Source: a virus
Strand: one strand, 5' to 3'
IMG/VR virus record: IMGVR_UViG_3300046474_000370
Location: 37,111 to 101,110 of that record
Length of the DNA stretch: 64,000 bases
The notes under the pieces are model-generated. The model searched no databases. It was not told the origin of the DNA and saw nothing but the letters and a program-made list of their open reading frames with translations. Position numbers and translations under genes: made by a program. Positions 45,173 to 54,292 of this stretch are shown here, piece after piece (the stretch's first letter is position 1; every line of letters starts with the position of its first letter).

Positions 45173-46138
45173 ATGGCGATCATTCATGTGGTGTCGGTTT
45201 CCGGCGGCAAGGACTCGGCCGCCACGCTGTTGCTCGCGATCGAGCGCTTCGGCGCGCATCGGGTGCGCGGCATTTTCTGCGACACCGGCAACGAGCACGA
45301 GGCGGTCTATGAATACCTCGACTACCTGGAACGCGCCACCGGCGTGACGATCGCGCGCCTGAAGGCCGATTTCTCCGCCGAGATCGCGCGCAAGCGCATG
45401 TTCATCGCGCGCGATGTGCGCACCAGGCGCAAGGACGGCCGCAAGCTGCGCTGGACCAACAAGGCCAAGCGGCGCGCGCTGGCGGTGCTGCAGCCGACCG
45501 GCAACCCGTATCTGGACATGTGCCTGTGGAAGGGGCGCTTCCCGTCACGCATGGCGCAGTTCTGCACCGAAAAGCTCAAGCGCGACCTGGCAGTCGAGTA
45601 CCAGCTCGAGCTGATGGACCAGGGCCACAAGGTGATCAGCTGGCAAGGGGTGCGCCGCGACGAATCGCAAAAGCGCCGCGAAGCGCTCAAGTTCGAGGCG
45701 GTTGGCGGCGGCCTGTATATCTACCGGCCGCTGGTCGAGTGGAGCGCGCAGGATGTGTTCGCGTACTGCGCACGCAAGGGGATCGCACCGAATCCGCTCT
45801 ACAAGCAGGGCATGGGGCGGGTCGGCTGCATGCCGTGCATTAACGCGAGCAAGGGCGAAGTGCGCGAAATCGCGGCGCGCTTTCCCGAGCACATCGAGCG
45901 CATCCACGCGTGGGAAAAGCTGGTGGCGGCCGCCTCCAAGCGCGGGTTCAGCACCTTCATGCACCTCAGTACCACGCGCGACTACCGCCACCTGAACGAC
46001 GGCCAGATTTTCGAGGCCGCGAATATTTACAAGATCGTCGAGTGGTCGAAGACCGCGCGCGGCGGCAAGCAGCTGGACCTGCTGGCCGACGTCGGCGACA
46101 TCCACGCCTGTTCCTCGGCCTACGGCCTGTGTGAGTAG
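45173..46138 (+). CDS. PAPS-reductase-family (PP-loop, Fe-S) protein
   Basis: SGGKDS, CDTGNE, QFCTEKLK, GVRRDES, RVGCMPC. Confidence 0.92.
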   Translation: MAIIHVVSVSGGKDSAATLLLAIERFGAHRVRGIFCDTGNEHEAVYEYLDYLERATGVTIARLKADFSAEIARKRMFIARDVRTRRKDGRKLRWTNKAKRRALAVLQPTGNPYLDMCLWKGRFPSRMAQFCTEKLKRDLAVEYQLELMDQGHKVISWQGVRRDESQKRREALKFEAVGGGLYIYRPLVEWSAQDVFAYCARKGIAPNPLYKQGMGRVGCMPCINASKGEVREIAARFPEHIERIHAWEKLVAAASKRGFSTFMHLSTTRDYRHLNDGQIFEAANIYKIVEWSKTARGGKQLDLLADVGDIHACSSAYGLCE

Positions 46139-47788
46139 ATGAGCGGCCGGTTCCCCGACGACGGCGCGCCGGGCGAGCCGCTGCCGACCGGGTTTGTCCA
46201 GGTTGGGCTGAGCGGCGACCGCCAGCTGGCGCAGGCGCACTTGCGCGATGCGCGCCGCATGCTGGGCCGGCTGCGCGCCAACCACGGGATCGACGCGCGC
46301 ATCGCCGACGGCCAGCCCGGCGGCTTCTTCACCCACACCGCCACGCTGCCCGATGGCACCCGCGTGACGGTCACCAGCAACAACGGCCAGGACACGGTGC
46401 GGATCGCGGCGCCGCTGCGCGCGCCGCCGCCGGTGGCGCCGCTGCCGGTGCCGCCGGCGGTGCCGCAGCATGTGCCGCGCGCCACGCTGGCGCACCATGC
46501 GGCCGGCGTCACGCACCTGCCGCCGCTGATCCCGTCGCCGCCGCCGCAGCCGGTGCGGCCCGAGGATGTGGTGGAGGAACAAGAGCTGGGCGAGTACGTG
46601 CCCTACTTGTGGATCGGGGTGCGCACGCTGAACCCGGACCAGCGCTGCCGGGTGCATGCCTGCGTGTGGGAGCCGCCGGCGGCGGTTGGCGTCGCGCCGT
46701 TGATCCTGTCGAACCGGAACCTCCTGCTGGAGTATCTGGGCGTGCCCCCGACGGCCATCGCCGACCGCAGCATCTACCCGCTGGGGCCGTGGGAGCAATT
46801 CAGCCCGGCCGACCCGGACCAGGGCGTCGCCTACACCGACCAGCATCTGTGCATGCTGTTGCCGCACAACGGCTATCCGATGCGGATTCCCGACTACAAC
46901 CCGGCGCGCGACGAGGATATCGCGTGGGATGTGATCTTTGTCAGCGATACCGAGAACGACCTGCAACTGCTGGACCAGGCCGGGCTGCCGATGCTCGGCC
47001 GCGGCAGCGGTGACTACTATCTGAAGGTGATGGTGCTCGGGCCGGATTGCCCGGACGACCTGGACAACCCGCCGGCGCCGCAGCAGCTGGAGCTGCGCAT
47101 CATCACGGGCAAGCGCGCGCAGCGCCTCGAAGTCAGGCATCAGGTGACGATCGCGCACTTCACGCAATGCCCGTCCGGCATCTTGCCGTTCGGGTTCTTC
47201 GACGAGGACATGGATCAGGATCTCTACCCGTGCTACGGCACCAACCCGCACGCCGAGCATTGGTGGCAGGGCATGGGACGGGTGCTGGTGCCGCCGCCGC
47301 AGTACGACGTGCCGGTGGCCGAGCTGGCCATGAGCGTGACGTTTTTCAGCCAGGATGGGGTGGCCGAGCTGCCGCCGACCGGCTTCGATGCGGGCGACTG
47401 GCCCGACATGTGCCCCGACCCAGGGACCATTGACCCGCCGCCGCCGGTGTACGAGCACGTCCACCAGGAGTCCACATCGTGCGGCTACAAGCCGGCCAAC
47501 TTCATCACCGAACTGGTCGGCCTGTCGCTGATCCACGAACACCGCGAAGTCTACAAGCAGGTCAGCCACTCGGTGGTCGATTACACCCGCGTCACCTACG
47601 CCGACGGCTCGACCGCGATCATCGACTTTACCAGCAGTGCGAGTGACAACGGCTGGCAGCTGCTGTTCGAGGATGACATCACATGGGATGCCTTCGTCTG
47701 GGGTGGCGCCATCTTTGAACCTGGCCACCCGAGCTCTGAACTGAACAAACGCACCCTGGACGCGATCCGCAATGACACCTGTTCCTGA
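46139..47788 (+). CDS. Hypothetical protein, possibly tail/receptor-binding
   Basis: LPDGTRVTV N-terminal module, Pro-rich linker, acidic globular C-terminal part. Confidence 0.6.
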   Translation: MSGRFPDDGAPGEPLPTGFVQVGLSGDRQLAQAHLRDARRMLGRLRANHGIDARIADGQPGGFFTHTATLPDGTRVTVTSNNGQDTVRIAAPLRAPPPVAPLPVPPAVPQHVPRATLAHHAAGVTHLPPLIPSPPPQPVRPEDVVEEQELGEYVPYLWIGVRTLNPDQRCRVHACVWEPPAAVGVAPLILSNRNLLLEYLGVPPTAIADRSIYPLGPWEQFSPADPDQGVAYTDQHLCMLLPHNGYPMRIPDYNPARDEDIAWDVIFVSDTENDLQLLDQAGLPMLGRGSGDYYLKVMVLGPDCPDDLDNPPAPQQLELRIITGKRAQRLEVRHQVTIAHFTQCPSGILPFGFFDEDMDQDLYPCYGTNPHAEHWWQGMGRVLVPPPQYDVPVAELAMSVTFFSQDGVAELPPTGFDAGDWPDMCPDPGTIDPPPPVYEHVHQESTSCGYKPANFITELVGLSLIHEHREVYKQVSHSVVDYTRVTYADGSTAIIDFTSSASDNGWQLLFEDDITWDAFVWGGAIFEPGHPSSELNKRTLDAIRNDTCS

Positions 47789-47933
47789 CGACCTTGCCGC
47801 GCTGCGCCAGCTGGTGGAGGCGGCGCGCCAGTCGGCGACCGACTTGGCGGTCTGGATCAACCAGGCCCAGGTCGGGCCGTTCCTGCCGTTCGAGGACGAA
47901 TCCGGCGCGCAGGACGGCGCCGGGTCCGACTGA
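47772..47933 (+). CDS. 53-aa hypothetical protein
   Basis: Hand-translated; ends just before a terminator. Confidence 0.4.
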   Translation: MTPVPDDLAALRQLVEAARQSATDLAVWINQAQVGPFLPFEDESGAQDGAGSD

Positions 47934-47944
47934 CACCGCTTGCG

Positions 47945-47966
47945 ACCCGCCCCGTGCGGGTTTTTT
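47945..47966 (+). terminator. Intrinsic terminator, followed by a second hairpin (47967-47989)
   Basis: ACCCGC-CCCGT-GCGGGT plus T5. Confidence 0.7.
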
Positions 47967-48010
47967 GACGCCCGCCTGTTGCGGGCGTTGTTATTTCAGG
48001 AGCTTAAACA

Positions 48011-49123
48011 ATGTCTGACAGCGCTATCCAACCGGACGTGCAGGGAGTAACCGCAGAACCGCAGGACACCCCAGCGGCGGTGGCCACGCCGCCGGCCGAG
48101 GCGGCCGAGAAGCAGGCCCCGCCGAAATCCCCGCGCGAGGTCGCGCTGGAAGAAATGGAAGCCCGCCGCCAGCAGCAGCTGGCCGCGGAGAACGGCTACA
48201 AGCTCGAGGACGTGATGAGCATGGAGGAGGAGCCGCCGGCTCCCGCCCCCGCGCCCGCCACCGCCGCGCCGGCGCCGGCGGCCGATGAGCAGCTGGCCGC
48301 GCAGATGGCGGCCGGCGCCCAGCCGGAGGTGCCGAGCAAGGTCAAGATCAAGGTCGACGGCGTCGAGGCCGAAGTGCCGTTCGATGAAGTGATCCGCCAG
48401 TACCAGAAGAACAGCAGCGCCGACCGGCGCCTGGCCGAGGCCACGCGCTTGCTGCGCGAAGCACAGGAAACCGCGGCCCAGCGCCTGCTGCAGGAGCAGC
48501 AGCGCCAGGCCGCCGCGGCACCCGCGGCGCCCGCCGCAGAACCCGAACCCACGCCCGCCGCCGATCCGAACGTGGAGGCGACCGGCAAAGAATTCCTCAA
48601 GGCCCTGTTTGAGGGTGACGAGGACTCCGCGTTGACCAAGCTCAAGGAGCTGACCCAGGCAGGACGGCAGGTGCCGCAACAGGCACCCGCGCCCACCCTC
48701 GACCTGGAGCAGATCAGCAGCGCGGTCGCGCAGCATGTGCAGCAGAAGCTCGTCGTTGAGAGTGCATTGGCACGGAACCGGCAAGACTATCCCGAGATGT
48801 ACGCAGACCCCGACATGGAAGGACTGGCACTGTCCAAGATCCAGCGCATGCGCGAAGAAACCGGCACGGATTTCTTCAGCGCGCTCGATACGGTCAGCCG
48901 CGAGTTCGCCCACAAGTTCGGCTGGTCCGCGGTGCAGCAGGGCCGTCCACCCGCCGATCCCGTCGAAACCACATCCCCCCGCGCAGCAAAGCTGGAACGG
49001 AAGGCCGCGATCGACAACATCGCGGCAGTCAACACCAAGATCACCACCGCCGAGCCGGAGCCGGAGAACGCGAGTTCGATCATCGCGCAGATGCGGGCGC
49101 AACGGCTGGGACAGCGGGCGTGA
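48011..49123 (+). CDS. Capsid scaffolding protein
   Basis: Acidic, Pro/Ala-rich, KIKVDGVEAEV...YQK motif, basic tail; directly upstream of the capsid gene. Confidence 0.85.
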   Translation: MSDSAIQPDVQGVTAEPQDTPAAVATPPAEAAEKQAPPKSPREVALEEMEARRQQQLAAENGYKLEDVMSMEEEPPAPAPAPATAAPAPAADEQLAAQMAAGAQPEVPSKVKIKVDGVEAEVPFDEVIRQYQKNSSADRRLAEATRLLREAQETAAQRLLQEQQRQAAAAPAAPAAEPEPTPAADPNVEATGKEFLKALFEGDEDSALTKLKELTQAGRQVPQQAPAPTLDLEQISSAVAQHVQQKLVVESALARNRQDYPEMYADPDMEGLALSKIQRMREETGTDFFSALDTVSREFAHKFGWSAVQQGRPPADPVETTSPRAAKLERKAAIDNIAAVNTKITTAEPEPENASSIIAQMRAQRLGQRA

Positions 49124-49154
49124 CTTCCAATCCCAACTTTAAGGAGTACGCAAA

Positions 49155-50099
49155 ATGGCCGGACAAGTATGGCTGACCAACAGCCTGGGTGGCTACATGT
49201 GGTCGCCCAACCTCTCGAAAGTGCTGCGCATGTCGGTGCAGCCGCTCACCAAGTTCCGCCAGTTCGCCGACGTGAAGGACGCGGCGGTGCAGGGCAAGGG
49301 CATGGGCGAGGCGTTCCACTGGAACGTGTACAGCGATGTCGCGACGCAGGGCACCACCCTGACCGAGGGCACCGCGATGCCGACCACCAACTTCGTCATC
49401 ACGCAGGGCACGATGACGATCACCGAGGCCGGTAACAGCGTGCCGTACACCTCCAAGCTCGATGACCTGTCGGAGCAACCCGTCAAGGAAATCATCGGCA
49501 AGGTCCTGAAGAACGACGCGAAAAAGGCGTTCGACATCATGGCCGAGGCGCAATTCCGCCTGACCCCGCTGCGCGTGGTGCCGACCGGCGGCACCTCGAC
49601 CTCGTCGGTGACGCTGACCACCAACGGCACCGCGACCGCCACCAACAACGTGGCAATGGGCAAGAACCATGTGAAGGCGATCGTCGACATCATGAAGGAG
49701 CGGAACATCCCGCCCTACATGGCCGACGATTACATTTCGCTGGCCCACCCGACCACTTTCCGCCAGCTCAAGAACGATCTGGAGGCGGTCCACCAGTACG
49801 TGGACGCCGGCTTCCAGATGATCCTGAACGGCGAGATCGGGCGCTACGAGTCGGTGCGCTTCGTCGAGCAGACCAATATCGCCAAGGCCAGCTGGACCAA
49901 CGGCCTGTCGAACTGGTCGTACTTCTTCGGTAACGACACGGTGGCCGAGGGCATCGTGATCCCCGAGGAGATGCGCGGCGCGATCCCGAGCGACTACGGT
50001 CGCCAGCGCGGCATCGCGTGGTACTACCTGGGCGGCTTCGGCATCGTCCAGACCCAGGCGGCGCAGGCGCGCATCCTGCGCTGGGACTCGGCGGCGTAA
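49155..50099 (+). CDS. Major capsid protein (N4-gp56-like)
   Basis: KFRQFAD, LTEG, GEIGRYESVRFVE, DYGRQRGIAWY; strong SD. Confidence 0.88.
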   Translation: MAGQVWLTNSLGGYMWSPNLSKVLRMSVQPLTKFRQFADVKDAAVQGKGMGEAFHWNVYSDVATQGTTLTEGTAMPTTNFVITQGTMTITEAGNSVPYTSKLDDLSEQPVKEIIGKVLKNDAKKAFDIMAEAQFRLTPLRVVPTGGTSTSSVTLTTNGTATATNNVAMGKNHVKAIVDIMKERNIPPYMADDYISLAHPTTFRQLKNDLEAVHQYVDAGFQMILNGEIGRYESVRFVEQTNIAKASWTNGLSNWSYFFGNDTVAEGIVIPEEMRGAIPSDYGRQRGIAWYYLGGFGIVQTQAAQARILRWDSAA

Positions 50100-50212
50100 G
50101 CGCGCGGCCTGGCTTGCGTGGGCATCAACCCCCGCGCAAGTCGGGTGTTTCACTCAAACCGGCCGTTTCAGCATTTGCTGAAACTGGCCGGTTCCTTATC
50201 AAGGAGGTCGGC

Positions 50213-50431
50213 ATGACCGTCGAAAACAGCGAATTGAACACCAGCGGGCCGTTGCGCAGCTCGAATGTCGGCCTGACCGGCGGCAGCGGCGACGGCAACC
50301 GCCTGCTGGTGACCGACCTGGCGCGCGGCTACAGCAGCATCAGCGAACGCCCGGCAATGCCCGACTGGCTGCAACTGTCGGACGCGACCGAACACGGCTT
50401 CCTGACCCGCCCGGAAGGGTGGGAACGGTGA
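50213..50431 (+). CDS. Small hypothetical protein
   Basis: SD AGGAGG. Confidence 0.65.
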   Translation: MTVENSELNTSGPLRSSNVGLTGGSGDGNRLLVTDLARGYSSISERPAMPDWLQLSDATEHGFLTRPEGWER

Positions 50432-50703
50432 TCGGGGCCCTGCCCGACGGGGTCGACCCGGCCGACGTGATCGACCTGACCGAGGAGGTGGCCGACCTGG
50501 CCGAATCCATCGCGGAAGTGGCCGGCGCCAGTGAATTGCCGCCGGAGGCGGTGTTCTGCGCCTGCTTCGGCGTGATCTTCGACTATGTGCGTGATGCGCA
50601 TGACCTGGCCACGCTGCGCCACCTGCTGACGCAGTATGAAGCGCAGCAGGACGAGCAGCTGCGGGCCCTGATCCATCAACCCCACCAAGGAGTATTGCAA
50701 TGA
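50428..50703 (+). CDS. Small hypothetical protein
   Basis: Coupled. Confidence 0.55.
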   Translation: MIGALPDGVDPADVIDLTEEVADLAESIAEVAGASELPPEAVFCACFGVIFDYVRDAHDLATLRHLLTQYEAQQDEQLRALIHQPHQGVLQ

Positions 50704-50960
50704 GCGAATCGAACTACAAGCCGGACGGCACGGGCGTGGTCATGGGCGACCGCAAGCCGATGCCGGAGCGCGGCACCGGCACCGGCATGACCGGCGTAAA
50801 CACCGTCACCGACGGCCGCGACCTGGGCGTGGACGCCATCAACCGCCTCGGCGCGCTGACCGGCACCGACTCGGACCCGATGGCCGAGTGCTATGTCGAC
50901 GACCCGACGTTCGGCGCGGCCAAGGGCGACGCCGCCGAGGACCGCGCGGAGGGCTACTGA
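50700..50960 (+). CDS. Small acidic hypothetical protein
   Basis: SD AGGAG; coupled. Confidence 0.65.
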   Translation: MSESNYKPDGTGVVMGDRKPMPERGTGTGMTGVNTVTDGRDLGVDAINRLGALTGTDSDPMAECYVDDPTFGAAKGDAAEDRAEGY

Positions 50961-51193
50961 TGTCCAAGCTTGACCGCAACCGGCCGCATGCGGCCGTCTA
51001 CTACGATGACCTGGGCCGGGCATTCGAGCAGGACGGCCAGTTCTTTACTGCCAGCGGCGCCCTGTGGGAACCGGATTCGGCCGAGGTGGCCGAGCCGGCG
51101 GCCGCGGTGAAGCCGGCGAAGGCCGCGCCCAAGGCCAAGCCGGCCGCGGCGCCCGAGGACGTCCAGCTGGCCGCGCAGATGGCGGGTGCATGA
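50960..51193 (+). CDS. Small hypothetical protein
   Basis: FEQDGQFF motif; coupled. Confidence 0.65.
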   Translation: MSKLDRNRPHAAVYYDDLGRAFEQDGQFFTASGALWEPDSAEVAEPAAAVKPAKAAPKAKPAAAPEDVQLAAQMAGA

Positions 51194-52809
51194 TCTGGCG
51201 CGCCAGCGACCCCGAAGGCGACGAGGCGGGCAAGGTCAAGTTCGAGATCGTCCAGTACACGCGCGGCACCGGGCTGGACATCGGGTGCGGGCCACATAAG
51301 GCGTTCCCGCACTTCATCGGGGTCGATAGCAAGAAGGACAGCGCGTTGTTCGGCATCGAGTTCACGCCGGACAACGTGGTGGAGGACGCCAGCCGGCTGC
51401 CGCAGGTGCCGGACGGCCGGCTCGATTTCGTGTTCTCGTCGCACCTGCTGGAGCACATCGAGGACTACGCGGCGGCGCTGGCCGAGTGGTGGCGCACCAT
51501 CAAGGATGGCGGCCACCTGGTGCTGTACCTGCCGCATCGCGACCTGTACCCGAACATCGGCCAGCCCGGCGCCAACATCGACCACAAGCACGATTTCCTG
51601 CCCGAGGACATCGAGCTGGCGATGGCCGGCGTGGCCGCCGAGGCCGCGGGCCGGCGCAAGAGCGGCTGGGACCTGCTGGTCAACGAGGTGCGCGCCGAGC
51701 GCAACGAATACTCGTTCCTCCAGGTCTACCGCAAAACCAGCGAGGATTTCAGCCTGGTCCGTTCGTGCCAGTGGCCGCAACCGGAAAAAACCGCCTGCAT
51801 CAGCCGCTTCGGCGGCTTCGGCGACATGATCCAGGCCGCCAACCTGTTGCCCGAGCTGAAACGGCAGGGCTACCACATCACCTTCAACACCACCCCCAAG
51901 GGCCAGGACATCCTGCGCCACGACCCGCACATCGACGCCTGGCTGATCCAGGACGACGACCAGGTGCCGAACCACGAGCTGCCGCTGTTCTGGAGCGCGC
52001 TGGCGCGCCGCTACACCAAGTTCATCCAGCTGTCCGAGTCGATCGAGGGCACCTTGCTGGCGATGCCCGGCCGCGCCAACCACATGTGGCCGCACGCGGT
52101 GCGCGCCGCGGAGCTGAACCGCAATTACCTGGAGTGGACCAGCCAGCTGGCCGAGCTGCCGTACCAGTCGGAAGCGAAGTTCTACCCGAGCACCCACGAA
52201 ATGGCGCAGGCGGCCGGCTACCTGGGCGGGATTCGCGCCGCGCGCGCGCCCAAGGAGCTGATGATCGGCCAGGCCACTCCGCCGGTGTTCACGGTCATGT
52301 GGGTGCTGTCAGGCTCGTCGATGCACAAGTTCTATCCGTGGATGGACACGGTGATGGCGCGCGTGCTGCTCGAGATGCCGGAGGCGGTCATCATCCTGAA
52401 CGGCGACGAGGCCTGCGCGATCCTCGAATGTGGCTGGGAACTGGAGCCGCGGGTGTACCGCGAGAGCGGCAAGATGGGTATCCGCGCCGCGCTGACCTTG
52501 GCGCAGATGGTCAAGTGCGTGGTCGGGCCCGAAACCGGGGTGCTCAACGCGGTCGCGTTCGAGGACAACGCCAAGGTGGTGTTCCTGTCGCATTCGACCC
52601 ATGAGAACCTGACCAAGCACTGGCGCAACACGGTGGCGCTGGAGCCGTGGGGGCAGCACTGCTATCCGTGCCACCGGCTGCACTATGGCAAGGCGTTTTG
52701 TGACGAGCACCAGGAGACCGGCGCGGCGATGTGCCAGGTCAAGATCACGCCAGACCGGGTCTATGAGGCGATCAAGGCGGCGTACACGGCATGGAAGGAA
52801 GCGGCATGA
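51190..52809 (+). CDS. Class I SAM methyltransferase fused to a GT9 (heptosyltransferase-like) glycosyltransferase
   Basis: GLDIGCG, DFVFSSHLLEH; RFGGFGDMI, VVGPETGVLNAVA, CYPC. Confidence 0.85.
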   Translation: MIWRASDPEGDEAGKVKFEIVQYTRGTGLDIGCGPHKAFPHFIGVDSKKDSALFGIEFTPDNVVEDASRLPQVPDGRLDFVFSSHLLEHIEDYAAALAEWWRTIKDGGHLVLYLPHRDLYPNIGQPGANIDHKHDFLPEDIELAMAGVAAEAAGRRKSGWDLLVNEVRAERNEYSFLQVYRKTSEDFSLVRSCQWPQPEKTACISRFGGFGDMIQAANLLPELKRQGYHITFNTTPKGQDILRHDPHIDAWLIQDDDQVPNHELPLFWSALARRYTKFIQLSESIEGTLLAMPGRANHMWPHAVRAAELNRNYLEWTSQLAELPYQSEAKFYPSTHEMAQAAGYLGGIRAARAPKELMIGQATPPVFTVMWVLSGSSMHKFYPWMDTVMARVLLEMPEAVIILNGDEACAILECGWELEPRVYRESGKMGIRAALTLAQMVKCVVGPETGVLNAVAFEDNAKVVFLSHSTHENLTKHWRNTVALEPWGQHCYPCHRLHYGKAFCDEHQETGAAMCQVKITPDRVYEAIKAAYTAWKEAA

Positions 52810-53261
52810 CAGTCATTGTGTGGGACGGCACCACGCTCGCGGCCGACCGGCGCGCGGGCGACGCCTGGATGAAGTGCGGCACGGTGGTCAAGATCGCCAG
52901 GGTCAATGGGCACCTGGTCGGTTGCGCCGGGGTCGCGGCCGATGCGCGCGAGGTGGTCGCCTGGTACAGCGCCGGGGCCAACCCGGCACTGTACCCGGCC
53001 GGGATACGCGGCAAGGAAAACGGCGGCGCCAAGATGCTGGTGATTACGCCCGCGGGCGTGGTGCGCATCTACGACAACTCGCCGTTCCCGATCGAGTATT
53101 GCGAGGCGCCGCACGGGATCGGGCGACGGATGGCGATCGGGAGCGGGCGCGAGGCGGCGATGGCGGCGATGCTGGCCGGCTGCGGCGCCCGCCGCGCGGT
53201 CGAGATTGCGACGCTGATCTGCGATGGTGTCGGCAATGGCATCGACACGCTGGAGCTGTGA
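52806..53261 (+). CDS. Ntn-hydrolase (HslV/proteasome-beta-like) protein
   Basis: Thr at position 2 (MTVIVWDGTTLAADR), GCAG, AIGSG. Confidence 0.75.
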   Translation: MTVIVWDGTTLAADRRAGDAWMKCGTVVKIARVNGHLVGCAGVAADAREVVAWYSAGANPALYPAGIRGKENGGAKMLVITPAGVVRIYDNSPFPIEYCEAPHGIGRRMAIGSGREAAMAAMLAGCGARRAVEIATLICDGVGNGIDTLEL

Positions 53262-53263
53262 CC

Positions 53264-53920
53264 ATGACCCTCGGCGACCTGATGACGCTGTTTCGCAACG
53301 AGGTGGACGACCTGGCCCAGCCCTACCTGTGGTCGGACGAGGAGGTGATCGAGTTCGCCAACGATGCCGAGCTGGAGGCGGCGCGGCGTGCGCGCCTGCT
53401 GGTCGATTCGAGCACGCCCGCGATTGCCCAGCTGGCGGTGACGGCCGGCCAGCCGCTGCTGGCGCTCGACCCGCGCGTGATGTTCGTGCGGCGCGCGCGC
53501 TTTGCCGGCAGCCTGCCGCTGCGGCGCATGAGCATGCAGGACATGGAAGGGTACGACCCGTACTGGCAGGATGCGGCGGCCGGCACCCCGCGCGCCTTCG
53601 TGCCCGACTACGAAACCGGCAAGCTGCTGCTGTGGCCGCCGCCGGCGGCGAATGGCACGCTGCTGCTGACGGCGGTGCGCGCGCCGCTGGTGGAGCTGGC
53701 GGAGGACGAGGACCGGCCCGAGATCGCGCCGCGCTACCACCGCAGCCTGCGCTTCTGGATGATGGCGCGCGCCTACGGCAAGCAGGATTCGCAGGCGAAT
53801 GACCCGAAGAAGGAACTGGCCAGCCTGGCGCTGTTCGAGCAGGAATTCGGCAGGAAGTCGGCCGCGATCGACGAGGAGTGGATCGTGCGCGAGCAGATGG
53901 AAGGCGACGGCACGTTCTAA
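53264..53920 (+). CDS. Head-tail adaptor protein
   Basis: PYLWSDEEVIEFANDA, GTPRAF, PEIAPRYH..L, AYGKQD. Confidence 0.8.
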   Translation: MTLGDLMTLFRNEVDDLAQPYLWSDEEVIEFANDAELEAARRARLLVDSSTPAIAQLAVTAGQPLLALDPRVMFVRRARFAGSLPLRRMSMQDMEGYDPYWQDAAAGTPRAFVPDYETGKLLLWPPPAANGTLLLTAVRAPLVELAEDEDRPEIAPRYHRSLRFWMMARAYGKQDSQANDPKKELASLALFEQEFGRKSAAIDEEWIVREQMEGDGTF

Positions 53921-53963
53921 GGGGCCGTAATCCTAAGCGCGGGGAGGGGCTGCGTCAAGTAGC

Positions 53964-54179
53964 TCAGGCCGGCGACAGCTTGCGCAGCGCGGCGGCCACG
54001 TCGGTGAGCGCCCTGACCAGCACGGCGCGGTCGCTCGGGTGCTCGGGCTCCTTGGCCATGTGCTCGACCATCGCATCCGCGTAGCCGATGACGGTCTCCA
54101 TGTCGGTTAGGTGGTCGAGCACGTTCCAGATCGGGAAGCGGCTCAGGTCGATGCGGGTCTCGTCGGTGGTCATGGGCAT
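53964..54179 (-). CDS. Protein resembling the N-terminal part of HI1420-type antitoxins
   Basis: WNVLDHLTDMETVIGY...DRAVLVRALTDVAAA; no HTH follows. Confidence 0.55.
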   Translation of the reverse strand: MPMTTDETRIDLSRFPIWNVLDHLTDMETVIGYADAMVEHMAKEPEHPSDRAVLVRALTDVAAALRKLSPA

Positions 54180-54194
54180 GTCTCGATGGCGTTC

Positions 54195-54292
54195 GGGGTG
54201 CCCGGCGCGGCTTATCCCCGGCCGCCGGGGTACAACGTCGGCGACCGGGCGGCTGGTACTGGAGGTACTGGGAGGACCGCGCCGGGCACCCC
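54195..54292 (-). ncRNA. Candidate structured sRNA or leader closed by a 16-bp inverted repeat
   Basis: GGGGTGCCCGGCGCGG / CCGCGCCGGGCACCCC; TTGACA-18-GATACT promoter at 54323-54294. Confidence 0.55.

Noticed and set aside
45173-46138. Calling the gene cysH (auxiliary sulfur metabolism)
   Set aside because: Lacks the C-terminal ECGLH motif of assimilatory reductases, and its context is DNA modification
54195-54292. HDV-like/theta ribozyme or C4 antisense RNA
   Set aside because: Could not trace the nested pseudoknot or the C4 motifs by eye; left as an unclassified RNA
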